Position numbers and translations under genes: made by a program
Shown here: positions 1 through 7,447 of the stretch, piece after piece
Numbering within the stretch: the stretch's first letter is position 1
Layout of the letters: the number at the start of each line of letters is the position of its first letter
Notes under the pieces: model-generated
The model's input: only the letters and a program-made list of their open reading frames with translations
What the model was told of the DNA's origin: nothing
Database searches by the model: none
IMG/VR virus record: IMGVR_UViG_3300025648_000023
Length of the DNA: 20,000 nt
Reading direction: 5' to 3' (one strand)
DNA from: an uncultured virus (IMG/VR IMGVR_UViG_3300025648_000023)
Lineage: Duplodnaviria > Heunggongvirae > Uroviricota > Caudoviricetes

Positions 1-56
1 TAATCCTTACAGCGATAGTTTGTGTCGTGGGTTGGGTTATCTCAAAATTTCAGTAA
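1..56 (+). CDS. 3' end of a membrane protein gene (partial; holin candidate)
   Basis: Frame starting at nt 3 reads ILTAIVCVVGWVISKFQ* (TAA 54-56): hydrophobic helix directly upstream of the lysis genes; next ATG at 58. Confidence 0.5.
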   Translation, partial: ILTAIVCVVGWVISKFQ

Positions 57-57
57 T

Positions 58-249
58 ATGCAAATAGTAAAATATACATTAAGGATGTATCTAATGTTAG
101 CTATATTCTCGTTTTCTTTTTGTGTAATGGGGGTTTATGACAACCACGATATGACAATGTTGGATGGTGCTATTATGGGCTTTTTTATTACAATGGCATC
201 AGATGGGATTTTATCACTAACTAAATATCGCCTCAATGACACACCGTAA
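58..249 (+). CDS. Small two-TM membrane protein, putative holin
   Basis: 63 aa from ATG 58 (preferred over GTG 22, which overlaps the upstream gene); two hydrophobic stretches; in the lysis cassette. Confidence 0.45.
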   Translation: MQIVKYTLRMYLMLAIFSFSFCVMGVYDNHDMTMLDGAIMGFFITMASDGILSLTKYRLNDTP

Positions 250-808
250 AAAACACATAGAAGGATACAACTACTTATTTATAATGATAGTCTTTTTGGC
301 TATGTTAGGGGCGTTGGTGGGGTGTATGTCCGACCGTACAGCGTTGCAAAGAGTGCTCACAAAGAAACCTTTATTTGATACAACAGGTCAGATATATATG
401 CAATTATACCCTTGCGATAATAAGGTGATAGCATCTAAGGCAGATACGATAATAAAACATGATAGTAGTATTAGTTACGAGCCTTACTACATTGATTGCC
501 CCAATTTAAACAGTCACGATACAGTACCAAAGAAAATAAAGGTATTAATCCCAGTTAAAACTTACGTTAACAACACCCGTATAATTGACAGCATTACCCG
601 TATAGACAACCAACAACTATCCCTTTGCAAATCGCAAATACAAGATAAGGACAAGCAAATAGCTATACTTAATCAATCAGTAACAGATAGCAGACTACAA
701 GCAGCAGTAAACGAAAAGGATGCTAGTAAATGGGAGTTGTATTTCTGGCTATTGATTGCAGCGATAGTTATTGCGTTGGTATTGTATATAGTAAAACCTA
801 GGTTATGA
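236..808 (+). CDS. Putative unimolecular spanin (lipoprotein with C-terminal TM)
   Basis: Basic N-terminus, hydrophobic core and lipobox LVG-C30; coiled-coil-like segment; C-terminal TM LYFWLLIAAIVIALVLYIV followed by KPRL; near the endolysin. Confidence 0.65.
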   Translation: MTHRKKHIEGYNYLFIMIVFLAMLGALVGCMSDRTALQRVLTKKPLFDTTGQIYMQLYPCDNKVIASKADTIIKHDSSISYEPYYIDCPNLNSHDTVPKKIKVLIPVKTYVNNTRIIDSITRIDNQQLSLCKSQIQDKDKQIAILNQSVTDSRLQAAVNEKDASKWELYFWLLIAAIVIALVLYIVKPRL

Positions 809-1155
809 CACTTAAACAACGCTACGAATCAGTCGCAACAGCCTATTTGAACAAGTTTATTAAGAAGCAGGATATTGACTTCGATGGATGGGTAAGCGAT
901 GACATTGGGGGGATAGCTTCTTTCTGTTGTCAATACTTCTTCAATTTTGACGATATGCGCTACGATATAGACAATAATTGTGAAAAAGGATTAATATTAA
1001 GATGGCAAGAAGATGGAGTAGACTATAATATGAAAGCAAATACAGACACAATAAACTATCATTCATATCACAAGGGATTGAGGTATGAGTATTTAAAAAA
1101 AAATAGTTATGAGGCAAGTAAATCAAGCTACAATAGACTTAATAAAACACTTTGA
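805..1155 (+). CDS. Hypothetical phage protein
   Basis: 116 aa ORF, ATGA overlap with the upstream gene; no function recognised. Confidence 0.7.
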   Translation: MTLKQRYESVATAYLNKFIKKQDIDFDGWVSDDIGGIASFCCQYFFNFDDMRYDIDNNCEKGLILRWQEDGVDYNMKANTDTINYHSYHKGLRYEYLKKNSYEASKSSYNRLNKTL

Positions 1156-1570
1156 GGGGTTTTCAGCAACTGCCTATCATGACAGTATAGATAAAATTGG
1201 CATCGACACAATTGGATATGGCAGCACAACTTACCCTAATGGCACTAAAGTAAAAGTAGGAGACCCCACAATTACAGAACAACAAGCAATCGAATACTTA
1301 ACCTTTGAAGTCAATCAAAAAGCAATAGCCGTTAGTCATTTAGTCACATCACAACTTAACGATAATCAGTTTGGTGCGTTGGTGTCTTTTGCGTACAATT
1401 TAGGTGAAGGCAACTTATCCGAAAGCACTTTACTAAAGAAGGTAAACGCAAACCCAAAAGACCCCTCTATACAGCTAGAATTTGATAAATGGATATACTC
1501 TAACCATTTACCCGTTAAAGGTCTAGAAACACGCCGTAGGGCTGAATGGCAACTATATAACACGTTATGA
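1109..1570 (+). CDS. Endolysin, GH24 phage lysozyme
   Basis: LIKHFEG (E16), D25, TIGYG (T34), QFGALVSFAYNLG, STLLKKVN, GLETRRRAE are hallmark GH24 motifs; no signal or SAR sequence. Confidence 0.95.
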   Translation: MRQVNQATIDLIKHFEGFSATAYHDSIDKIGIDTIGYGSTTYPNGTKVKVGDPTITEQQAIEYLTFEVNQKAIAVSHLVTSQLNDNQFGALVSFAYNLGEGNLSESTLLKKVNANPKDPSIQLEFDKWIYSNHLPVKGLETRRRAEWQLYNTL

Positions 1571-1665
1571 TAATAGCACTTGCAATAGAATTATTATTCA
1601 CCCTCATAGTAGCAATATTATGGGCTAACCTTATCGACAATGCCAACCCCACCCATACGATTTGA
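1567..1665 (+). CDS. 32-aa single-TM peptide (lysis accessory candidate)
   Basis: MIIALAIELLFTLIVAILWANLIDNANPTHTI*; ATGA overlap with the endolysin stop; below the ORF-track cutoff. Confidence 0.55.
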   Translation: MIIALAIELLFTLIVAILWANLIDNANPTHTI

Positions 1666-1704
1666 ACCGTTGAAGATAATTAATACTTTACCTAAAAAGA
1701 AGAT

Positions 1705-2955
1705 ATGTCCAACAATACCGAAGAAAAAAGTAAAACAAAGACAGAACAGATAAAAGAATACTTTTTATTGCATCAGTCGGAAGATTTACAAGTGATTGCG
1801 GATAAATTCAAAAGCACACGCCCAACGGTGTCTAATATTGTGTCGGCATTAAGGAAAGAAGGGAAAATACCACCATTACCCGAAGATTTTAATAAAGGTA
1901 AAAGGGGAGAAGAAAAACACCAAGCGTTATATGATGAGTGCGAAAAGACGGGGATTCCCCAAGAAAGGGTCACGCATTATTGGTGGAAAACTAAAGATGC
2001 TTCCATGTTCGTAAAATGCGAACAAACACAAGAAAGCGACATTTTAAAATCAATAGAGGATATAATAACCGAAAGATTAACCACTAGAATAAAGATACCT
2101 TCAACACCTAACGAAACTTGCAAAAAAGCCTTAAAAGTAACTATATCAGATGCTCACGTTGGACTAGACCCTAACCCTAACGGATACGGGATTTACAACT
2201 ACAAATACAATGCAGACATATTCTTTCAGAATTTAGATAGTGTCTATAATTCCGTAATGGCTAAATATAATCAGTTTGGAAAATTCGACACTTTATTTAT
2301 AGATGATTTAGGAGATGGTTTAGACGGTTGGAACGGGTTAACGACTAGAGGCGGTCACGACTTGCCACAAAATATGTCTAACGTAGATGCTTTTAAAACT
2401 TTTGTTACAGGAAAACTAAACCTAATCGAAAGGCTAATTGCTGCCAATGTTTCCGACAATATAGAATGCCGTAATGTGTCAAACGATAACCATAGCGGTG
2501 ACTTCGCAAGGATAGCGAATGAAACTATCAAAATGGTATTAGATAGAATTTACGGAAACGGGCAAATAGGTTTTAAGATACTCAATAAGTTTGTAGAGCA
2601 TTTCTTTTACGGTGACCATTGTTTTATCCTCACTCACGGAAAGGACGAAAAGCAAAGGGTTAAGAATCTATCGTTAGACCTAACGCCAGCGATAGTAGAA
2701 TTTTTTAGAAGTTATATAGACTATCACGGTATCAACTCAAAGTTTATTCACGTTGATAAGGGGGATTTGCACCAATTAGGATACAAGCGTTGTAACAAGT
2801 TTGACTATCGCAATTATATGTCATTTGCGCCGCCTTCATTCCATAACAGTCACAACTATAACGGTTCATATAGCGGCTATTCAATACAAGTGATAGATAA
2901 GCATTCGGCAACAGTAAGCCACGAAGATTATTTTTTTGATTTGACTAAATTGTAA
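1705..2955 (+). CDS. N-terminal HTH fused to calcineurin-like metallophosphoesterase
   Basis: Metal motifs SDAHVG, LGDGLDG, NDNH, THG, GDLH in canonical order; N-terminal LQVIADKFKSTRPTVSNIVSALRK is HTH-like. Confidence 0.85.
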   Translation: MSNNTEEKSKTKTEQIKEYFLLHQSEDLQVIADKFKSTRPTVSNIVSALRKEGKIPPLPEDFNKGKRGEEKHQALYDECEKTGIPQERVTHYWWKTKDASMFVKCEQTQESDILKSIEDIITERLTTRIKIPSTPNETCKKALKVTISDAHVGLDPNPNGYGIYNYKYNADIFFQNLDSVYNSVMAKYNQFGKFDTLFIDDLGDGLDGWNGLTTRGGHDLPQNMSNVDAFKTFVTGKLNLIERLIAANVSDNIECRNVSNDNHSGDFARIANETIKMVLDRIYGNGQIGFKILNKFVEHFFYGDHCFILTHGKDEKQRVKNLSLDLTPAIVEFFRSYIDYHGINSKFIHVDKGDLHQLGYKRCNKFDYRNYMSFAPPSFHNSHNYNGSYSGYSIQVIDKHSATVSHEDYFFDLTKL

Positions 2956-2958
2956 ATT

Positions 2959-3162
2959 ATGACCGAAACACAAACGGTAAGAATAGAACTACTAGCAGAC
3001 GGCATTTATAAAGTCTTTGTAAAAAGCAATAACAAGCCAATAGGCATATTTATAAGCGACTTAGGCACTTACTACTATGAGCCTATTGATACTAAAGGAC
3101 TATGGTCTGATTATGCATTGATTGAAATTGGTACATTATTAAAGAAAGTTAATGAATTATGA
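2959..3162 (+). CDS. Hypothetical protein
   Basis: 67 aa ORF tightly packed between neighbours. Confidence 0.7.
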   Translation: MTETQTVRIELLADGIYKVFVKSNNKPIGIFISDLGTYYYEPIDTKGLWSDYALIEIGTLLKKVNEL

Positions 3163-3560
3163 CTAAAAAAACATACCTATTATTAGACGATGTAAGAAGA
3201 CCCTTTGATGTATTTTTATATACTTTTAAGCTAAAATACCTATTTAGAAAATGGGTAATAGTAAGAAATTATAAAGAGTTGAAAGAATGGGTATTTAAAA
3301 ACGGTTTACCTTACTTTATTTCTTTCGACCACGATTTACACCCTTCACATTATACACCTAAAGAATATTGGAGTGATTACGAAGTTAGTAAAAAATGGCA
3401 AGAAGCACAGACTAAAATAGAATGCAACGGCGAAGATTGCGCTTCTATGATAAGAAGATATTATCGTGCTAGATATTGGGAAACTAAACCTAAATTCTAC
3501 GTTCACTCTAAAAACCCAGTAGGTCGGGATAAAATTTTAAAAATACTAAATAGCTTTTAA
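3159..3560 (+). CDS. Cyclic-phosphate-processing receiver-like (cREC) domain protein
   Basis: LLLDDVRRP, WVIVRNY, ISFDHDL, G-x-DC, VHSKNPVG match the phage family signature LDDxR...SxDHDL...HSxNPxG. Confidence 0.75.
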   Translation: MTKKTYLLLDDVRRPFDVFLYTFKLKYLFRKWVIVRNYKELKEWVFKNGLPYFISFDHDLHPSHYTPKEYWSDYEVSKKWQEAQTKIECNGEDCASMIRRYYRARYWETKPKFYVHSKNPVGRDKILKILNSF

Positions 3561-3562
3561 TT

Positions 3563-3745
3563 ATGACCCCAATAGAAAAAAGACTACTAGAATGTAATAT
3601 AGCCCCAACAGAGCCGCTAATTAACTTGCTAAAGAATATGATGGCAATAGGTTACGCCACCGCTTGTATGGGCATATCCACCACCACACTAGAGGATTTG
3701 CAGCGTGAATGGTTTAGTGAAGAAAAGAAGAAAAAAAGTGAATGA
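3563..3745 (+). CDS. Hypothetical protein (frame stays open to 3844 after the TGA)
   Basis: 60 aa ORF starting 2 nt after the previous stop. Confidence 0.6.
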   Translation: MTPIEKRLLECNIAPTEPLINLLKNMMAIGYATACMGISTTTLEDLQREWFSEEKKKKSE

Positions 3746-3808
3746 AATAGATATAATCTGCAACTACAATTCCCCATATTATCAGTAAACAACGTAAGTG
3801 ATAATATA

Positions 3809-3879
3809 ATTCTATCAACAAATTACTGCGAAATAAACGCTTAAATGTTGATAGATGTTGATAGAAATGTTGATAGAAT
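3809..3879. repeat. Cluster of four TGTTGATAG motifs (three direct, one inverted)
   Basis: ATGTTGATAG at 3845-3854, 3855-3864 and 3867-3876; ATTCTATCAACA at 3809-3820 is the exact reverse complement of 3868-3879. Confidence 0.85.
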
Positions 3880-3906
3880 AAAAAAGCCCCCACTTTCGTA
3901 GAGGCT
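3880..3906 (-). terminator. Rho-independent terminator on the minus strand
   Basis: Minus strand AGCCTCTAC-GAAA-GTGGGGGCT-TTTTT: 9-bp stem that pairs fully (two G-U) only on this strand, GNRA loop, U-tract. Confidence 0.8.
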
Positions 3907-3960
3907 AATTGTAAGTTACCATAAGTAACAGGCTATACCATACTATGATATAGGGGGCGC
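3880..3960 (-). ncRNA. Candidate ~80-nt structured small RNA
   Basis: Bounded by a minus-strand TATTTTTG element (3965-3972) and the terminator; hairpins CTATATCAT/ATGGTATAG and GTTACT/GGTAAC precede the terminator stem. Confidence 0.45.
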
Positions 3961-3964
3961 AATG

Positions 3965-3972
3965 CAAAAATA
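3965..3972 (-). promoter_or_regulatory. Bacteroidota -7 promoter element TATTTTTG
   Basis: Matches TAnnTTTG; TTG at 3995-3997 (minus) as a loose -33 element. Confidence 0.5.
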
Positions 3973-3975
3973 AGC

Positions 3976-3983
3976 TATCTTTG
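3976..3983 (+). promoter_or_regulatory. Bacteroidota -7 promoter element TATCTTTG for the nuclease gene
   Basis: Matches TAnnTTTG, 5 nt before ATG 3989; implies a leaderless or near-leaderless mRNA; no clear -33 element. Confidence 0.5.
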
Positions 3984-3988
3984 TAATT

Positions 3989-4693
3989 ATGAAACAATTA
4001 TATTTACTTTTCAGTTGGTTACTAATTGTAGTCAACTGCCAAGCGCAACATACAATACAACTTAACCATAAGTACTATACGGTGCAATTTGATACGGTAT
4101 TTTGTCAAGGGATACTAAACCACTACACTCAAACGATTGCGCACCATAATAGCACAAAATTAAAGCGTGAGGGTAGTTTATTAACCGAGTTCCATAAAGA
4201 CCCGTTAATACCCTCTAAATGGCAAACGGTAAGTAAGTCCGACTATGCCAACTACAATAAACAATACAAGGGAGATAAACATAATACTGTTGACATTGGG
4301 CATATAATTCCGTACCAATCTATGTCTTTCGATAGTATAGCAGCAGAGGAAACAATGATGTTTTCTACTAATACAGCCTTTCAAATATCGTGGTTTAATG
4401 AGCAACAATGGAAGAATATTGAGGCGATAGTGTTTGATAGTATTGGCAGTAAGTATGATTGTGAAGTTTACACTGGGGTATTAATCAGCACTTCGCACCC
4501 ACATAAATACAACCAAGTTTATATAGCGGATTATTATTTTAAAGTAGTCAAATTCGACCACTTTACTTTGGCGTGGTTAGGGTTAAATAGTCCTACTAAT
4601 ACAAGCACAAAGCCAAGTGATGCAGCTATTTCTATCGACAAACTAAAAGCTATTATCTTACAATATTATCCTAGTTTACAGTTGGGGTTTTAG
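3989..4693 (+). CDS. Exported DNA/RNA non-specific endonuclease (NucA/EndoG, His-Me finger)
   Basis: Signal peptide MKQLYLLFSWLLIVVNCQA; DIGHIIP (DRGH equivalent), TMMFSTN..FQ..FNEQQWKNIE, VYTGV, IADYYFKVV. Confidence 0.85.
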   Translation: MKQLYLLFSWLLIVVNCQAQHTIQLNHKYYTVQFDTVFCQGILNHYTQTIAHHNSTKLKREGSLLTEFHKDPLIPSKWQTVSKSDYANYNKQYKGDKHNTVDIGHIIPYQSMSFDSIAAEETMMFSTNTAFQISWFNEQQWKNIEAIVFDSIGSKYDCEVYTGVLISTSHPHKYNQVYIADYYFKVVKFDHFTLAWLGLNSPTNTSTKPSDAAISIDKLKAIILQYYPSLQLGF

Positions 4694-4795
4694 CCAAATA
4701 AGTAATTTATCAATAACTATAATTGCCGCTTCATATAATTCTTCCCTATAATAACACAATGTAATATTAATCATAAATCCGTGCGCAAATGTCAT
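4676..4795 (-). CDS. Small hypothetical protein (39 aa)
   Basis: ATG 4795 just after the upstream stop; MTFAHGF...KPQL*; overlaps the nuclease 3' end by 18 nt. Confidence 0.4.
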   Translation of the reverse strand: MTFAHGFMINITLCYYREELYEAAIIVIDKLLIWLKPQL

Positions 4796-4799
4796 AACT

Positions 4800-4988
4800 T
4801 TAATTTTCTTCTGGTGATTGTTGTGGGGTAATAATAATTTTAGGATTAATTTCAATAAAATCATCATTATAAAACCAAAGCCCACTACCTATTATTTGCC
4901 AAGCGCATCTACTATTAAACCATCTTGCAATTTCATATTCATCGTCACTAGTAAACTTCACCCAATACCAACCGCTTTCTCGTTTCAT
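4800..4988 (-). CDS. Hypothetical phage protein (Trp-rich, GWYWVK)
   Basis: 62 aa ORF in a packed operon. Confidence 0.7.
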   Translation of the reverse strand: MKRESGWYWVKFTSDDEYEIARWFNSRCAWQIIGSGLWFYNDDFIEINPKIIITPQQSPEEN

Positions 4989-4991
4989 AAA

Positions 4992-5108
4992 TTATTCTAT
5001 TATTGTACATATAATCAAGCACCCCACTACTAACATCCACCAATTATTCAACCGACCTGCAAAGTAGATGAGAGTGCAGCCGATAACGAATTTAAGAAGT
5101 TGTTTCAT
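4992..5108 (-). CDS. 38-aa two-helix membrane peptide
   Basis: MKQLLKFVIGCTLIYFAGRLNNWWMLVVGCLIICTIIE* fills the gap between neighbours. Confidence 0.6.
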   Translation of the reverse strand: MKQLLKFVIGCTLIYFAGRLNNWWMLVVGCLIICTIIE

Positions 5109-5373
5109 TGTAATATTTTTCCGCTTGTTCTAAAAATCTTTTATCTAACATTCTCATTTGATGGCTTTCACAATTACCATTATATCCTACTGCCGAAAGA
5201 TACGCATCTACTATCTGCTTCTTTTCAATTTCCTTCGTATTAAAAGCCCATTGCTTGCAATTAATATAAGCATCTTGCAATCCCCTTGCGGATAGGCTTA
5301 AATTATCATCATCATGGAAACTATCTAACTGTTGTTCTATACGTTCTATCAATTGCTGTACTGCTGTTTTCAT
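5092..5373 (-). CDS. Hypothetical phage protein (MKTAV...EKKQIVDAY...AEKYYNET type)
   Basis: Motif pattern familiar from Bacteroidota phage hypotheticals. Confidence 0.75.
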   Translation of the reverse strand: MKTAVQQLIERIEQQLDSFHDDDNLSLSARGLQDAYINCKQWAFNTKEIEKKQIVDAYLSAVGYNGNCESHQMRMLDKRFLEQAEKYYNETTS

Positions 5374-5374
5374 T

Positions 5375-5563
5375 TTACATTTGTTTTAAGTGTTCTAAAA
5401 TAGCCCTATAATCTTCTCCAAAATAGCCAATTTCATCTAATGCCTCTATTATTGCCTCTACTTCTGTGATAGCGCATTTTACACAATCCATAAAGCAGCA
5501 GCAGGACGGTAGTACTTTTGAATACTTTAGTATTATTTCGTTTGTTTGTTCCATGCGTAACAT
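5375..5563 (-). CDS. Hypothetical protein
   Basis: 62 aa ORF in a packed operon; alternative start at 5554. Confidence 0.6.
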   Translation of the reverse strand: MLRMEQTNEIILKYSKVLPSCCCFMDCVKCAITEVEAIIEALDEIGYFGEDYRAILEHLKQM

Positions 5564-5808
5564 TTATAATAATCTTTAAAATGGTTGTAAATTTTAGTCC
5601 TTCTATTCTTTCGCCAATGCCTACCCTTAACTACTCGTTTAAGGCGGTGTTTATATTTTATACATTTTAGGTTGCCATTATTCAAACTTCTTAATTGTCT
5701 AGTAATTATTTTAAGTTCTGCCAATATAGAATCTAATAACCTATCGCCAAAAAAATCTATATACGTTTTCATTTTAACCTTAACTTCTTTAAGGTTCTTA
5801 TTAGTCAT
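5533..5808 (-). CDS. Basic hypothetical protein
   Basis: 91 aa, K/R-rich, packed operon. Confidence 0.6.
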   Translation of the reverse strand: MTNKNLKEVKVKMKTYIDFFGDRLLDSILAELKIITRQLRSLNNGNLKCIKYKHRLKRVVKGRHWRKNRRTKIYNHFKDYYKCYAWNKQTK

Positions 5809-5810
5809 TG

Positions 5811-6212
5811 TTATTTTTTAAAATAGTTATTAATTTCTTTTATTTCACTATCAGAAAGATATGTAGGCATGCCTTGCTTTTTAATTTGTTCCCATTCTGT
5901 TTTAGTTAACCCCATACTTGACACAAGCCCAACTACATCAGTATTATTTCTTTTGCCGTGATAAAATCCAACAAATTGTTGAAGTGCTAAATCAATACCA
6001 TTATAATGCTTACTATTATCTTTATATTTAACATTATCTTCATTTAGTACCCCTAATTTAACTTCTTCAATTACTTTATAAAGACTACAATCACATTCTA
6101 TCACAGAACATTTAACACTATTGTCAAAGTCAGTTTTTGCTTCTGATAAATTATCAAACTCTTTAACACTACCGTCAAGCCAATCTCTTACTATGTATCT
6201 TTCTGCACTCAT
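5811..6212 (-). CDS. Hypothetical protein
   Basis: 133 aa ORF in a packed operon. Confidence 0.7.
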   Translation of the reverse strand: MSAERYIVRDWLDGSVKEFDNLSEAKTDFDNSVKCSVIECDCSLYKVIEEVKLGVLNEDNVKYKDNSKHYNGIDLALQQFVGFYHGKRNNTDVVGLVSSMGLTKTEWEQIKKQGMPTYLSDSEIKEINNYFKK

Positions 6213-6591
6213 TTTTTACTTCAATTTCTTTACCTGTTAATAATCGTATTAGTTGCTGGAGTTGGTGGAGGTATTGGAAAGTACAAACTAATTGAAATTG
6301 CTCGTGTGAATACTCGTAAGTATAAATGTATAATAAACCATCATCTTCAAAAATAGCAACTAAATCAGTATCTCTGTCAATATTGTAATAACCATCTAAA
6401 AAACCGTATCTAGTACCTCTATTTTCATTTTTAGAAATGCTTTCGATATTCTCCATCACTTTGAGTGAAAGGGGGATAGGTTTATGTTTAATAGAGCCTT
6501 TAACTATTGCTTGTAAATACATAATGTCTACCCTTATACGTTCTTCTTTTACCATCACCCAGTCCCCTACCATTAAATTTAAGTTGCTCAT
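6175..6591 (-). CDS. Hypothetical phage protein (LMVGDWV...PIPL...YLHQLQ family)
   Basis: Motif pattern common in Bacteroidota phages; function unknown. Confidence 0.75.
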   Translation of the reverse strand: MSNLNLMVGDWVMVKEERIRVDIMYLQAIVKGSIKHKPIPLSLKVMENIESISKNENRGTRYGFLDGYYNIDRDTDLVAIFEDDGLLYIYTYEYSHEQFQLVCTFQYLHQLQQLIRLLTGKEIEVKNECRKIHSKRLA

Positions 6592-6592
6592 A

Positions 6593-6919
6593 CTATTTAT
6601 TTTTAAGTGTTATTGGTTGTGAAGAATATTCTTCCAAATCGTGTTGTTGGCAAGTTGTAGATGTAGTATTTTCTAAAGAACGCTGATAGCTTTTACTCCA
6701 AGCGTCCTCCAATATCGGAGTGAGAGGGAAGGAGTTAGATTTGACAGTGTTAAATACAATTTGCATTCCTTTATACTTATAATATTCACTATCTTTCAAT
6801 AGCTTATTATCTTCATAATTAGATACTATTGTATTTACACTTTCAACTCCTATTTCCAACCAATCCATATCAACTACTATCAAGTTTTCGGAAAGTTGGG
6901 TGTGTGGTGTGTTATTCAT
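6593..6919 (-). CDS. Hypothetical protein
   Basis: 108 aa ORF in a packed operon. Confidence 0.7.
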   Translation of the reverse strand: MNNTPHTQLSENLIVVDMDWLEIGVESVNTIVSNYEDNKLLKDSEYYKYKGMQIVFNTVKSNSFPLTPILEDAWSKSYQRSLENTTSTTCQQHDLEEYSSQPITLKNK

Positions 6920-7445
6920 AACTAGGTATTAAAGTTTCCCATAAATAATTGTTTCCATCGTGTTCAACTGTGATTGTGTGAGGGTGAATAGGGGGAATGA
7001 GTGAGGAGATAAGATAGTCTTTATCAAACATAGGTTCATCGTCTTCTATTCCACTTTTCATTAATCTTGCCCTACTTATTAATAGTTCCAACTCCTCCCT
7101 TGTCAAATGAAACTCAACACCTCTAGCTTTAAGACCTGCGAGGAAGCCCTCACGTTTAGCATATTGATAACTATTAATCCTTGCGTTTTCATTTATAAAT
7201 ATCTCATCTAACCCACCATTATCTATTACTTCAACTAGAGTGTACTTCTCCTCTGCCAATTCCTCATCAGTCTTTGGCTTGCGAATAAGGGTGGAGGGGA
7301 GGATATATAAAGGTAAATCAATTTTACTTCTATCTGTGCTTGCTAACGGTAATGTGGTTTTATCTTTCCCGTCAAAATGAAGATTAATATTGTTATTCTC
7401 TATTCTAAGTGTACCATCCTCCACACTAAATATCTTTGTTTGCAT
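6912..7445 (-). CDS. Hypothetical protein
   Basis: 177 aa ORF overlapping the next gene. Confidence 0.7.
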   Translation of the reverse strand: MQTKIFSVEDGTLRIENNNINLHFDGKDKTTLPLASTDRSKIDLPLYILPSTLIRKPKTDEELAEEKYTLVEVIDNGGLDEIFINENARINSYQYAKREGFLAGLKARGVEFHLTREELELLISRARLMKSGIEDDEPMFDKDYLISSLIPPIHPHTITVEHDGNNYLWETLIPSYE

Positions 7446-7447
7446 TA

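Noticed and set aside
4676..4693. Nuclease C-terminal QLGF as a clamp-binding motif
   Set aside because: Poor match to QL[S/D]LF and the protein is predicted to be exported.
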